A stretch of 64,000 nucleotides of DNA from Bacteroidales bacterium (GTDB lineage Bacteria; Bacteroidota; Bacteroidia; Bacteroidales; UBA3663), in NCBI GenBank assembly GCA_017618715.1, contig JAFZTS010000002.1, positions 71,062 to 135,061 of the forward strand, in the 5' to 3' direction. The notes under the pieces were generated by a model. It was not told where the DNA came from, did not search any database, and saw only the letters and a list, made by a program, of their open reading frames with translations. Each line of letters starts with the position of its first letter. The stretch's first letter is position 1. This document shows positions 16,624 to 25,364 of this stretch, piece by piece. The position numbers and the translations under genes were made by a program.

Positions 16624-18522
16624 ATGAAGAAGTGGCACATTGAAGACTCCGCTGAGCTCTACAATATTCACGGGTGGGGTGTCAGTTATTTTGACATCAA
16701 CGAAGCAGGTCACGTAGTGGTGACCCCCAAGAAGGATGGTGTGCAGGTAGATCTGCGCGAAGTGATGGACGAACTGGCGCTGCGCGATATCCAGGCGCCC
16801 GTTCTCCTGCGTTTTCCTGACATTCTCGACAATCGTATCGAACGCATGTCACAATGCTTCCAGAAGGCTGCCGAAGAGTATGGCTACAAAGGAGAATGTT
16901 TCACCGTCTATCCTATCAAGGTTAACCAGATGCAGCCCGTCGTCACCGAGATGGTGAGCCATGGCAAAAAATTCAACCTGGGTCTTGAAGCCGGTTCAAA
17001 GCCGGAGCTACATGCTGTCATTGCGGCGTGTAGTGACTACGATACCATCATCATCTGCAATGGCTACAAGGACGATTCGTTCGTTGAGCTTGCCTTACTT
17101 GCCCAAAAGATGGGCAAGCGAATCTTTATCGTAGCCGAGAAACTTAACGAGCTCGAAATCATTCACCAGATTGCCAAGCGCCTAAATGTACGTCCTAACA
17201 TCGGCATCCGTATCAAACTAGCCTCATCCGGCTCCGGCAAATGGGAGGAGTCAGGCGGCGATGCCTCGAAGTTCGGACTCACCAGTTCGGAGTTACTGGA
17301 AGCTGTGGAATACTTGGAATCGCACGAATTGAAGGATTGCCTCAAACTCATTCATTTCCACATCGGTTCACAAGTCACCAATATCCGATATGTGAAGACG
17401 GCTATACGCGAAGCCTCGCAATTCTATGTGCAGCTCTGCAAGATGGGCTTTGGCGTACAATTTGTAGATACAGGCGGCGGTTTGGGTGTGGATTACGATG
17501 GCACGCGCAGTGCTTCGAACTGCTCATCGGTTAACTATTCCATCCAAGAGTACATCAACGACATTATGTACCAAATTATGGAGGCTGCCGACAAGAACAA
17601 TCTCCCCCACCCTAATATCATCACCGAATCGGGGCGTTCTTTGTCGGCTCACCATTCCGTACTTGTCATGGAAGTGCTCGAGACCGCTTCACACCCTGAG
17701 ATGCCCGAGGAATGGGTGGTCGATCCTGATGATCACGAGCTGGTCAAGGAACTTTACGAAATCTGGGATTCGCTGACCCAGCGTTCCGCCCTCGAATCAT
17801 GGCACGATGCCCAACAGATCCGCGACGAGGTACTCCAACTCTTCAGTCATGGCATCATTGATTTGAAGACACGTGCACAAATCGAGAAACTCTTCTGGAG
17901 CGTAACACGAGAAATCAACAATCTCATCTCGGGCATGAAGCGCGTCCCCGAGGAACTGCATACCATCCCGAAACTGCTTGCCGACAAGTATTATTGCAAC
18001 TTCTCGCTCTTCCAGTCGCTGCCCGACATGTGGTCGATCGACCAGATCTTCCCCATCATGCCCTTACAGCGCCTCAATGAACGTCCCGACCGGAAGGCCA
18101 CTCTGCAGGATATGACTTGCGACAGTGACGGTAAGGTGCAAAGTTATATTGCCGAGAACCAGATTGTCAATGCCATGCCCATCCATTCGCTCAAGAAGAA
18201 TGAAAAATATTACCTCGGAGTCTTTCTCGTCGGTGCCTATCAAGAAATCCTTGGTGACCTCCACAACCTCTTCGGTGATACCAACGCCGTGCATATCTCG
18301 GTCAACAAGAACGGCTACGAAATTGACCAGACCATCGATGGCGAAACCGTTCAAGACGTGCTTCGCTGGGTGGAATACGACACGAAGAAAATGGTTCGCG
18401 CTCTTGAAACCTGGGTCACGAAATCTGTCAAGACAGGACGTATCTCGCTCGAAGAAGGCAAGGAGTTTCTCAACAACTACCGCAACGGTCTTTACGGCTA
18501 CACCTATCTCGAAAGGGATTGA
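16624..18522 (+). CDS. speA: Biosynthetic arginine decarboxylase
   Basis: 632 aa. W..EDSAELYNI.GWG N-terminus, YPIKVNQ PLP-lysine motif, overall SpeA architecture. Confidence 0.95.
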   Translation: MKKWHIEDSAELYNIHGWGVSYFDINEAGHVVVTPKKDGVQVDLREVMDELALRDIQAPVLLRFPDILDNRIERMSQCFQKAAEEYGYKGECFTVYPIKVNQMQPVVTEMVSHGKKFNLGLEAGSKPELHAVIAACSDYDTIIICNGYKDDSFVELALLAQKMGKRIFIVAEKLNELEIIHQIAKRLNVRPNIGIRIKLASSGSGKWEESGGDASKFGLTSSELLEAVEYLESHELKDCLKLIHFHIGSQVTNIRYVKTAIREASQFYVQLCKMGFGVQFVDTGGGLGVDYDGTRSASNCSSVNYSIQEYINDIMYQIMEAADKNNLPHPNIITESGRSLSAHHSVLVMEVLETASHPEMPEEWVVDPDDHELVKELYEIWDSLTQRSALESWHDAQQIRDEVLQLFSHGIIDLKTRAQIEKLFWSVTREINNLISGMKRVPEELHTIPKLLADKYYCNFSLFQSLPDMWSIDQIFPIMPLQRLNERPDRKATLQDMTCDSDGKVQSYIAENQIVNAMPIHSLKKNEKYYLGVFLVGAYQEILGDLHNLFGDTNAVHISVNKNGYEIDQTIDGETVQDVLRWVEYDTKKMVRALETWVTKSVKTGRISLEEGKEFLNNYRNGLYGYTYLERD

Positions 18523-18554
18523 TAATCTAAAACAACCAGTTTAAAAACGAAAGA

Positions 18555-18588
18555 CAATCGTCATCACGACGACTGCCTTTCCTTTTGC
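18555..18588. terminator. Bidirectional terminator after speA
   Basis: caatcgtc / gacgactg (7 of 8 bp, loop atcac). Followed by cctttccttttg on the + strand and by tctttcgttttt on the minus strand. Confidence 0.45.
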
Positions 18589-18649
18589 CTTAATAATTAA
18601 TTACACATACAATTTGCTATTCACTAATTAAGAGTAATAACCTTTATTT

Positions 18650-18800
18650 GATTTAGAAAAATCGGCTTATTTAGATTTAGAAAAACTTTACAACGATTTA
18701 TAAAATCCTTTAGAATGATTCATAAAGGAAATCTAGAATGATTCATAAAGAATTTATAAAATCTTTTGTTCGATTTAATAAATCTACCATTTCTAAATCT
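18650..18800. promoter_or_regulatory. AT-rich motif array
   Basis: gatttagaaaaa at 18650 and 18674. gatttataaaatc at 18695, aatttataaaatc at 18751, gatttaataaatc at 18772. An inverted copy tttctaaatc at 18790. Two exact 17-mers tagaatgattcataaag at 18711 and 18734, each with a GAATnATTC palindromic core. Confidence 0.6.
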
Positions 18801-18805
18801 CGCTG

Positions 18806-18813
18806 CAAAGATA
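18806..18813 (-). promoter_or_regulatory. Orphan -7 box (TATCTTTG) reading into the motif array
   Basis: caaagata on the + strand. There is no downstream CDS, only the 18650-18800 array and the bidirectional terminator at 18555-18588. Confidence 0.35.
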
Positions 18814-19396
18814 AACGTATTTTTGAAACTGGCCAAAATAATTTGTAACATCATCGTTTTGTTTTGTTTCATCGCATATAAACGCATGTTTTATTTCTCT
18901 TTTTTGCTATTTTCGAGCTAAAAAAAGACGTAACAAAGGCGAAAAACAATGACTCGTCGATGTAATTTTCTATAAATTCAGTCTCCAACGACAAAGAATG
19001 CTCAACGAGATAGGGAACAAGATCAATTTCTTTTCGAAGTCAGTGCTGTGTCATAAAAAATTAATCAAAAAAGTTTTAAATTGTATCATTTCTGTACGAT
19101 TTTCCACCTATTTGCTTGCTGAATCGCCAATATGGCCATTTTTTCGATGTCATACCTCATGACTTCGTACAAGACATTGGCAAGTACGCCATTCAAGTTA
19201 TCCTGAACCATCGGGATTCCCTTTCTTCATGGAATTGCTCCAATATTCATGCATTCGTTCACTGAACATCTCGTCAACCTTGCCTAACGGGCGCCAGCAT
19301 CGCTTGACTGTACAAATAAAAAACCTTGGGCTGTCTCACGACTGTCCAAGGTCACAAAATCATTCACTTATTGTTACCATTTATTGCCTTATGGTG

Positions 19397-19404
19397 CAAA
19401 GATA
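19397..19404 (-). promoter_or_regulatory. Orphan -7 box (TATCTTTG)
   Basis: caaagata on the + strand. About 45 nt downstream on the minus strand is a weak hairpin ccttgg(19324-19329)/ccaagg(19346-19351), followed by a T-run. Confidence 0.3.
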
Positions 19405-19719
19405 TAGGATTTCTAAAAATATACCAAATTTTCTTACAACATTTTTTCCCATTTCATAACGAATCGCCCATTTTTCCCCATGAATATTTTTTGAGATTAC
19501 TGATAATGTCAACAAAAAGACAAAAAAGACATCTTTACCATCTGTTTTTGCTGGATGAAGAGCTAAGACACTATTTGTTATCATTTACCGTTTTCTTTTA
19601 GGCCCATTTTGCCATCAAGCGATGTTGGAATTGGATACCATGCATGACAATCTAGCCATTTAGAGCAACTTAATAGAAGAAAAACGAACAAAGAACACAG
19701 ACATTTCAAAAATACTACA

Positions 19720-19727
19720 TATCTTTG
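19720..19727 (+). promoter_or_regulatory. -7 box TATCTTTG for the aminotransferase-LicC-LicD operon
   Basis: Exact TAnnTTTG 55 nt upstream of the ATG at 19782. Confidence 0.5.
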
Positions 19728-19781
19728 TAAAACATTTACATAAAATCCCCATCCAGAAACAACCTTTCGTTAGAAGATTAT

Positions 19782-20819
19782 ATGAATTTCTTAGATCGCA
19801 ATGAGTTTAACTTCACGCCTTCACAGAAGGTGATTGATGCCGTAAAAAACTTCGACCCCAAGGACCTCTGCTTCTATACCCGTATCTACGACCAAGGCAA
19901 GAAGAGCGTCGTTTCAGTCCGCCTGAGTGAAATCTATGGCGTACCCGAGCCACAGGTGCTGTTAGGCTATGGAGGCGAGGATATCCTGAAGAATGCCGTC
20001 CATTATTATCTCACCAAAGGAGGAAACCGCTCCATCCTTATCCCTGAATTCTCCTGGTGGTATTACAACCGTATCGCCAGCGAGTGTGGCGGCGAGACCC
20101 ACATGTACCCACTACATGAACTTGATGACACCTTTGCTTACGATGTGGACGAGGTAATTGACTATACGTGCCGTGTGCATCCACGCATGCTCCTCATCGC
20201 CTCTCCCAATAATCCCACAGGAAACAGCCTTACCCCCGATGAGATCACGCGAATCATGGAGAATATTCCCTCCGATACCATGGTACTCATCGACGAGGCA
20301 TACGCGTCGTTTATCTCCGCCGACACCCATTATATTGCACCGTTGGTCGAGAAACATAGCAACCTCATCATCTCTCGTACACTCTCGAAGTTCTATGGGC
20401 TCCCTGGCCTTCGTATGGGCTTCGGTTTCATGGGCAAGGGCCATGAAGGCTTCCTCAACTATGCCAACAAATATCTGGGATACAACCGTTTCTCGGAAGC
20501 TGTAGCCCTTGCTGCCTTGGAGAGCGATGACCATTATCGCGACGTGGCCAATCAGATGCAGTGGGACCGCGACCTCTTTAAGCAGGAACTTGGCGACCTC
20601 CCAGGTTTCAAGGTGTATAAGTCGGTGGCCAACTTCATACTCATCAAATATCCCATCGAGATCAAGGAGCCACTGATGGAAGCTTTGAAGATACAGGACT
20701 ACAAAATCAAGTTCATGACCGACAAGGGCCTCGAATCGTGTCTGCGTATCACACTGGGCCGCCCCGAACAGATACAAGTGGTTGTCGATACTATCAAACG
20801 TATAGCACTGGCACCCTGA
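19782..20819 (+). CDS. Class I/II PLP-dependent aminotransferase/decarboxylase, HisC/CobD-like
   Basis: 345 aa. IASPNNPTGN, DEAYASF and the PLP-lysine motif SRTLSKFYGLPGLRMGF. Confidence 0.8.
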   Translation: MNFLDRNEFNFTPSQKVIDAVKNFDPKDLCFYTRIYDQGKKSVVSVRLSEIYGVPEPQVLLGYGGEDILKNAVHYYLTKGGNRSILIPEFSWWYYNRIASECGGETHMYPLHELDDTFAYDVDEVIDYTCRVHPRMLLIASPNNPTGNSLTPDEITRIMENIPSDTMVLIDEAYASFISADTHYIAPLVEKHSNLIISRTLSKFYGLPGLRMGFGFMGKGHEGFLNYANKYLGYNRFSEAVALAALESDDHYRDVANQMQWDRDLFKQELGDLPGFKVYKSVANFILIKYPIEIKEPLMEALKIQDYKIKFMTDKGLESCLRITLGRPEQIQVVVDTIKRIALAP

Positions 20820-20830
20820 TTTCTTCCGCT

Positions 20831-21592
20831 ATGAAAGCCCTAATCCTTGCGGCCGGCACTGCTTCACGGTTGAGGCCGTTGACCAACGACACTCCCAAGT
20901 GCCTGCTACTCGTAGGCCAACGCACTCTCCTCGGACGTTCCATGGACGCGTTGATCCAAAACGGAATACGAGAATTCGTCATTGTCACTGGCTATCTTCA
21001 CCAACAGATAGAGCAGTTTGTCAGCAATCAATATGCTGACCAAATCGAGGTTACCTTCATCCACAATGAAGTTTACGCAACGACCAACAACATCTACTCG
21101 CTTTGGCTGGCACGTCCTTCGGTTGAAGGCGAGGAGATTCTGTTGCTTGACAGTGATCTTCTCTACGACCCGCTGATTATCGCTCGTGTATTGGAGAACG
21201 ATTCCCCCAATGTGCTCACCCTTATCCGTCATCCATTAGGCGAAGAGGAAATGAAAGTGGTGACCGCTGCCAGTCGTAACAATGTCCAAGGGAATGCAGC
21301 CGACTCCATACTCGAGATCAGCAAGACCTGTCGTCCCGACAAAGCTGCCGGTGAAAGTTTGGGCATTGAGAAGATGAGTCCTGCCTACACCCATGCTCTC
21401 TACCGCGAACTCGACACCATGATGAACCAGGAACATCTCGAAAACAAGTTCTACGAACTCGCCTTTGAGCGTCTGATTCCTCAGGGGCATACCTTCAGCG
21501 TGCTCGATGTCACTGACCTCTTCAGCTGCGAACTCGATACAGTCGAAGATTTTGAGAATGCCCAACAAAAGATTCCCGCATCGCTCTATTGA
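20831..21592 (+). CDS. LicC-like nucleotidyltransferase (phospho-alcohol cytidylyltransferase family)
   Basis: Start taken at MKALILAAGTASRLRPLTNDTPKCLL (the G-x-G-T-R-L signature). The ORF-track N-terminal extension overlaps the previous gene. Confidence 0.8.
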   Translation: MKALILAAGTASRLRPLTNDTPKCLLLVGQRTLLGRSMDALIQNGIREFVIVTGYLHQQIEQFVSNQYADQIEVTFIHNEVYATTNNIYSLWLARPSVEGEEILLLDSDLLYDPLIIARVLENDSPNVLTLIRHPLGEEEMKVVTAASRNNVQGNAADSILEISKTCRPDKAAGESLGIEKMSPAYTHALYRELDTMMNQEHLENKFYELAFERLIPQGHTFSVLDVTDLFSCELDTVEDFENAQQKIPASLY

Positions 21593-21593
21593 T

Positions 21594-22415
21594 ATGGCCA
21601 CCTACGACATACGACCCTTGCAACTTCGCATTCTTCGCATTCTTCTCGCCGTCCAACAAGTCTGCAAAGAGCATAATCTGCGCTATTTCATCATTGCCGG
21701 CACTCTCCTTGGTGCAGTCCGGCATAAGGGCTTCATTCCCTGGGATGATGACCTTGATATTGCCATGCCGCGTAGCGATTACGACCTGCTGTGTCAACAT
21801 GCCAAGGAATGGCTGCCCGCACCCTACGAGTTGGTAAGCTTCGAAACCGATCCCGAAAACTATCCACTCCCATTCGCCAAGATACAGGATGCCAGTACCA
21901 CACTCATTGAGCGTATGCATCTAAAATATTTAGGCGGCATATACATTGACATCTTCCCCCTCGACGGCATGCCCAAGAGCGGGTGGCTGCGACGCCTCCA
22001 TTTCATACGCTACGAATGGTACAAGCGTGCCCTCTACCTCGTGCATCGTGACCCCTACAAGCATGGTCATGGGCCATCGAGTTGGGCTCCGCTGCTCTGC
22101 CGAAAATTTTACACAATGCAGGAGATACAGGAAAAACTACGCCAGTTTCAGCGTCGTTGGGATTATGATGCCAGCGATTATGTGGTCGATCATGACGATG
22201 GACTGAAGGGAGTGATGGCGAAATCCATATTGGGCAAACCCACGCCCATTGTATTCGAAGATGTAATGGTCTGGGGTGTTGAACATCCCCATGAATATCT
22301 TTCACAAAAATATGGCGAATATATGGTTATTCCCGATGGAGACCATCAGCGCCAGCACAACTTCCACCTTCTCGACCTCGATCTACCCTATCGAGAGTAT
22401 TCTCAAGGAGAATGA
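21594..22415 (+). CDS. LicD-family phosphotransferase
   Basis: Start at MATYDIRPLQLRIL, 1 nt after the previous stop. LicD signature YFIIAGTLLGAVRHKGFIPWDDDLDIAM plus IDIFPLD. Confidence 0.85.
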   Translation: MATYDIRPLQLRILRILLAVQQVCKEHNLRYFIIAGTLLGAVRHKGFIPWDDDLDIAMPRSDYDLLCQHAKEWLPAPYELVSFETDPENYPLPFAKIQDASTTLIERMHLKYLGGIYIDIFPLDGMPKSGWLRRLHFIRYEWYKRALYLVHRDPYKHGHGPSSWAPLLCRKFYTMQEIQEKLRQFQRRWDYDASDYVVDHDDGLKGVMAKSILGKPTPIVFEDVMVWGVEHPHEYLSQKYGEYMVIPDGDHQRQHNFHLLDLDLPYREYSQGE

Positions 22416-22472
22416 TATATCCTATCGATGTTTTCAAAAACCGTTTTTATATACATTTAATACCAAAACTTT

Positions 22473-22847
22473 ATGAGCAACGTGAACGAAATTTACAAAT
22501 GCAAGGAATGCGGCCTTATGGTAGAAGTTGTTATCGCAGGTGCTTGCGCTCCCGAATGCTGTGGCAAACCCATGCAGCTACTCAAGGAGAACACTACCGA
22601 CGGTGCCAAGGAAAAACATGTCCCCGTGGTTGAGAAGACCAGCGATGGATATCGTGTCAGAGTAGGTTCGGTGGATCATCCGATGACCGAGGCTCACTAT
22701 ATTCAGTGGATTGAACTCGTCACCGAAAATGGTGTGCTTCGCCAACACCTCACTCCTCAAGACCAGCCTGTTGCCGAATTCAAGACCGATGCCAAGGTAG
22801 TCTATGCACGCGAATTCTGCAATCTTCACGGACTTTGGAAATCCTGA
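22473..22847 (+). CDS. dfx: Desulfoferrodoxin (2Fe superoxide reductase)
   Basis: 124 aa. N-terminal desulforedoxin site CKECG...CC. EKHVPV and FCNLHGLW ligand motifs of the neelaredoxin domain. Confidence 0.9.
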   Translation: MSNVNEIYKCKECGLMVEVVIAGACAPECCGKPMQLLKENTTDGAKEKHVPVVEKTSDGYRVRVGSVDHPMTEAHYIQWIELVTENGVLRQHLTPQDQPVAEFKTDAKVVYAREFCNLHGLWKS

Positions 22848-22923
22848 TTTCTCACGAATCTTCATCTTTCCTATCATCAAGCCCGAATAATACGGGTTAT
22901 GGTTTGAACCATAACTGAACCAA

Positions 22924-22956
22924 ATGAAGCCTGGACAAGCAATGTCCAGGCTTCAT
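22924..22956. terminator. Bidirectional hairpin between dfx and the GH9-like gene
   Basis: Perfect 14-bp stem atgaagcctggaca / tgtccaggcttcat with a 5-nt loop. Confidence 0.6.
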
Positions 22957-22977
22957 CATTATCTTCGACCTCTCCAA

Positions 22978-25329
22978 TTAACGAATACTATAGAGATATG
23001 CGAGGAGCATCATCTTGCCACGCATGGTCTCACGCGGTGTAAATTCACCATTGACCCACATATACCGCTGATTGAAGTAGGATTCCTGACGAGGCCAGTT
23101 TTCCGTCCACTCGGGATAGCAACGATTGAGTAGGATACGTGCATCACCGCCATTCCCAGGCGACCATACCTCGGTGCCATTGAACGGGGTTTGACCAGGA
23201 TGGCTCTCTGGCGTTCCATCGTTGCGTCCAGTAGTATATACATCGGTAATATGACGTTGGCCAAGACCTGTCATCTCGACAATGTTGCCTGGATTGCGAC
23301 CCAATGCCCACCCTGCCTCAAAATACAGGGCACGCTCAAGCTGCTGGCGACGCGGCTTGGAGTTGGCGATATAGTGAGCCAAGACAACGAGGTGAAGGTT
23401 CTGTGAGGTCTGCCAGCGTGCATCGTTGGCGGCACGACGCGAAGGACGTTGATCAACAAAGTTGACATTGTAGGCATCGGCATGATAGTTGACGCTGGAC
23501 TTCATATTGGCATAAAGTTCGGGATAATGGCGTTCACGCGGACAACAGAGATAAGCAGCTGTAGCATAGTACTGGAAGTAGCCTACCTCGCCTGCACCGA
23601 AGACGTTGGTGACATTGGCCTCGAAGAATCCCTGACGTCCCTTGTTGAAAAGTGGAGTTTCACCTGTCTTGATCATGCTCTCGGAGGCCATGATGTCCTC
23701 CCATTCGCGTTCTCCCGTGACATTGTAGAGGAAGGCAGCAGCCATCTGGCGGAAATCACGTCCACGCATACTGATACTGCCGATGTCCTGCTTATCGTCG
23801 AGTTGGGAATTCTCCTGTTTTGAAGCATATCGGAACGCCTTGATGGCTTCTTGGGTGTAATAGCTGCAAAGAGAGTCCTTACCGTGGATACGTAGCGCCT
23901 CAGCGGTGATTGCACAGTTGGCGGCATTGGCCCATGCAGCCATTGTAGTACAGCCAGCCTGGAACATGATGGTCCATTCAGAGGATGGGTTGGTGACACC
24001 CTGTGAGTAACCTTCGCCATCACGTATGCTCAGGAAGAAGTCCACCTCGTTGCGTGCCTCGTCAATAAGGTCTGGCAGACCATTGCCACTCTCTCGAATG
24101 CCAAGGTTATCTTCTGAAAGACGTCCTTCAGAGAGGATATATGGTAACAGCTGGTCGTAGATATTGGAGACATGCGCAAGGTGGCGGTCCCAGTCGAAGG
24201 CATCGGAATGTCCTCCCTTGACCTCTACGTTCACTGGATTGCCTGGCAAGCGATGCTGCCAGAAGATGGAGGTGAGTGCCGGCTTGAAGTGGGGTTCGTC
24301 CCACACATCAGTATGCAGTGCCCTCCAGTCGGGATCCCATGGCTGGAAGTCAGTCTTATAGACGGTGAAGCCTTTCGGATCGACTTCGGGGATGAACTGT
24401 GGCTGACGAGGTACGGGACTAACGTGCTCGGGATCGATGGGTTCGCCCAAACGCATGTAGTAATAACCGCGCAACGAATAGCGGTAGGGCTGGTAATAGA
24501 CATCCTTACTGATATCGAAGTCCATACTGCAACCCACATCCTCAACGACAAGGCGATAGCGTCCGGGGGTAGTTGTATTGAAATCAACGTTCCAGACATC
24601 AGTGCCGACGAGGTTCTTCCGACCGGCCTCGTTGGATGAAGCTGTGGCAGGCAGCCAAAATCGAACAGTTCCCACCTTCTGCTTCTTCCCTGTGCGGACA
24701 TTGTAGAGATAGACCTTCTTGCCCTCGAAAGACTTGTAGTCACGCTGACCACCGTCGCCAAGCCACATATAGAGATCAGCCGCCTTGACAGCTTCTTCAG
24801 GACTGTAGCCCAAGATATTGACGTGAATAGCCTCGGACTGTGATGTCCAAATATCGTATTTCACCGTAGCTGTAGTCTGGTCAGCACCCAGACCTTCAGG
24901 GAAATTGACCTGATAAGTGCAGCCTTGGCGCATCGACTGGGGCAGTTGGAGGAAAATCCAGTGATCCAGTTCCGACGTGAGCGTATGGTCGGTGTTCATT
25001 GGCTTGCTCTTACGATAGACGACCCGCAGCTGATGAATCGGGAAGGTCTTGTCATCGGGTGAAGAAACTTGCCATGAAGCCGCCTGAGCAGCAATTGCGG
25101 CATCGAGACGAGGACCAAAGACGAGCAGTGTGTCATCGCCCTCGGCAAAGCTATGGCCAAGATAGGCGCTGGGACCCGTGGCATCATCACGGTAACGAAC
25201 TTCTCCATCGCGGAAATGGAGCATCAGATAATCCTTGTCAACTACCTGAATGCCGATGAACCGACTGGCCAAGGCGATGGATGGCAATAGGAAAGAAAGA
25301 AAAGAAATAAGAAATAACGTCTTTTTCAT
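22978..25329 (-). CDS. GH9-like (alpha/alpha)6-barrel glycoside hydrolase with N-terminal Ig-like domain (family assignment tentative)
   Basis: Start at MKKTLFLISF (signal peptide). GGHSDAFDWDRH aligns by eye with the GH9 GGWxDAGDxxK motif. GNGLPDLIDEARNEVDFFL aligns with the GH9 NGIPDILDEARWELEFLL motif. Confidence 0.5.
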   Translation of the reverse strand: MKKTLFLISFLSFLLPSIALASRFIGIQVVDKDYLMLHFRDGEVRYRDDATGPSAYLGHSFAEGDDTLLVFGPRLDAAIAAQAASWQVSSPDDKTFPIHQLRVVYRKSKPMNTDHTLTSELDHWIFLQLPQSMRQGCTYQVNFPEGLGADQTTATVKYDIWTSQSEAIHVNILGYSPEEAVKAADLYMWLGDGGQRDYKSFEGKKVYLYNVRTGKKQKVGTVRFWLPATASSNEAGRKNLVGTDVWNVDFNTTTPGRYRLVVEDVGCSMDFDISKDVYYQPYRYSLRGYYYMRLGEPIDPEHVSPVPRQPQFIPEVDPKGFTVYKTDFQPWDPDWRALHTDVWDEPHFKPALTSIFWQHRLPGNPVNVEVKGGHSDAFDWDRHLAHVSNIYDQLLPYILSEGRLSEDNLGIRESGNGLPDLIDEARNEVDFFLSIRDGEGYSQGVTNPSSEWTIMFQAGCTTMAAWANAANCAITAEALRIHGKDSLCSYYTQEAIKAFRYASKQENSQLDDKQDIGSISMRGRDFRQMAAAFLYNVTGEREWEDIMASESMIKTGETPLFNKGRQGFFEANVTNVFGAGEVGYFQYYATAAYLCCPRERHYPELYANMKSSVNYHADAYNVNFVDQRPSRRAANDARWQTSQNLHLVVLAHYIANSKPRRQQLERALYFEAGWALGRNPGNIVEMTGLGQRHITDVYTTGRNDGTPESHPGQTPFNGTEVWSPGNGGDARILLNRCYPEWTENWPRQESYFNQRYMWVNGEFTPRETMRGKMMLLAYLYSIR

Positions 25330-25364
25330 ATAATATGTGGTATTATACAGATAATATTGATTAA

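Noticed and set aside
18589-19781. The long non-coding region might hide a known structured RNA (tmRNA, RNase P RNA, 6S, SRP RNA, riboswitch, group II intron, retron).
   Set aside because: I could not find hallmark motifs by eye: no GGTTCGA T-loop with an acceptor-like end, no GAGGAAAGTCC, and no reverse transcriptase or intron ORF. The region is too AT-rich and repeat-like. A covariance-model scan is still needed for certainty.
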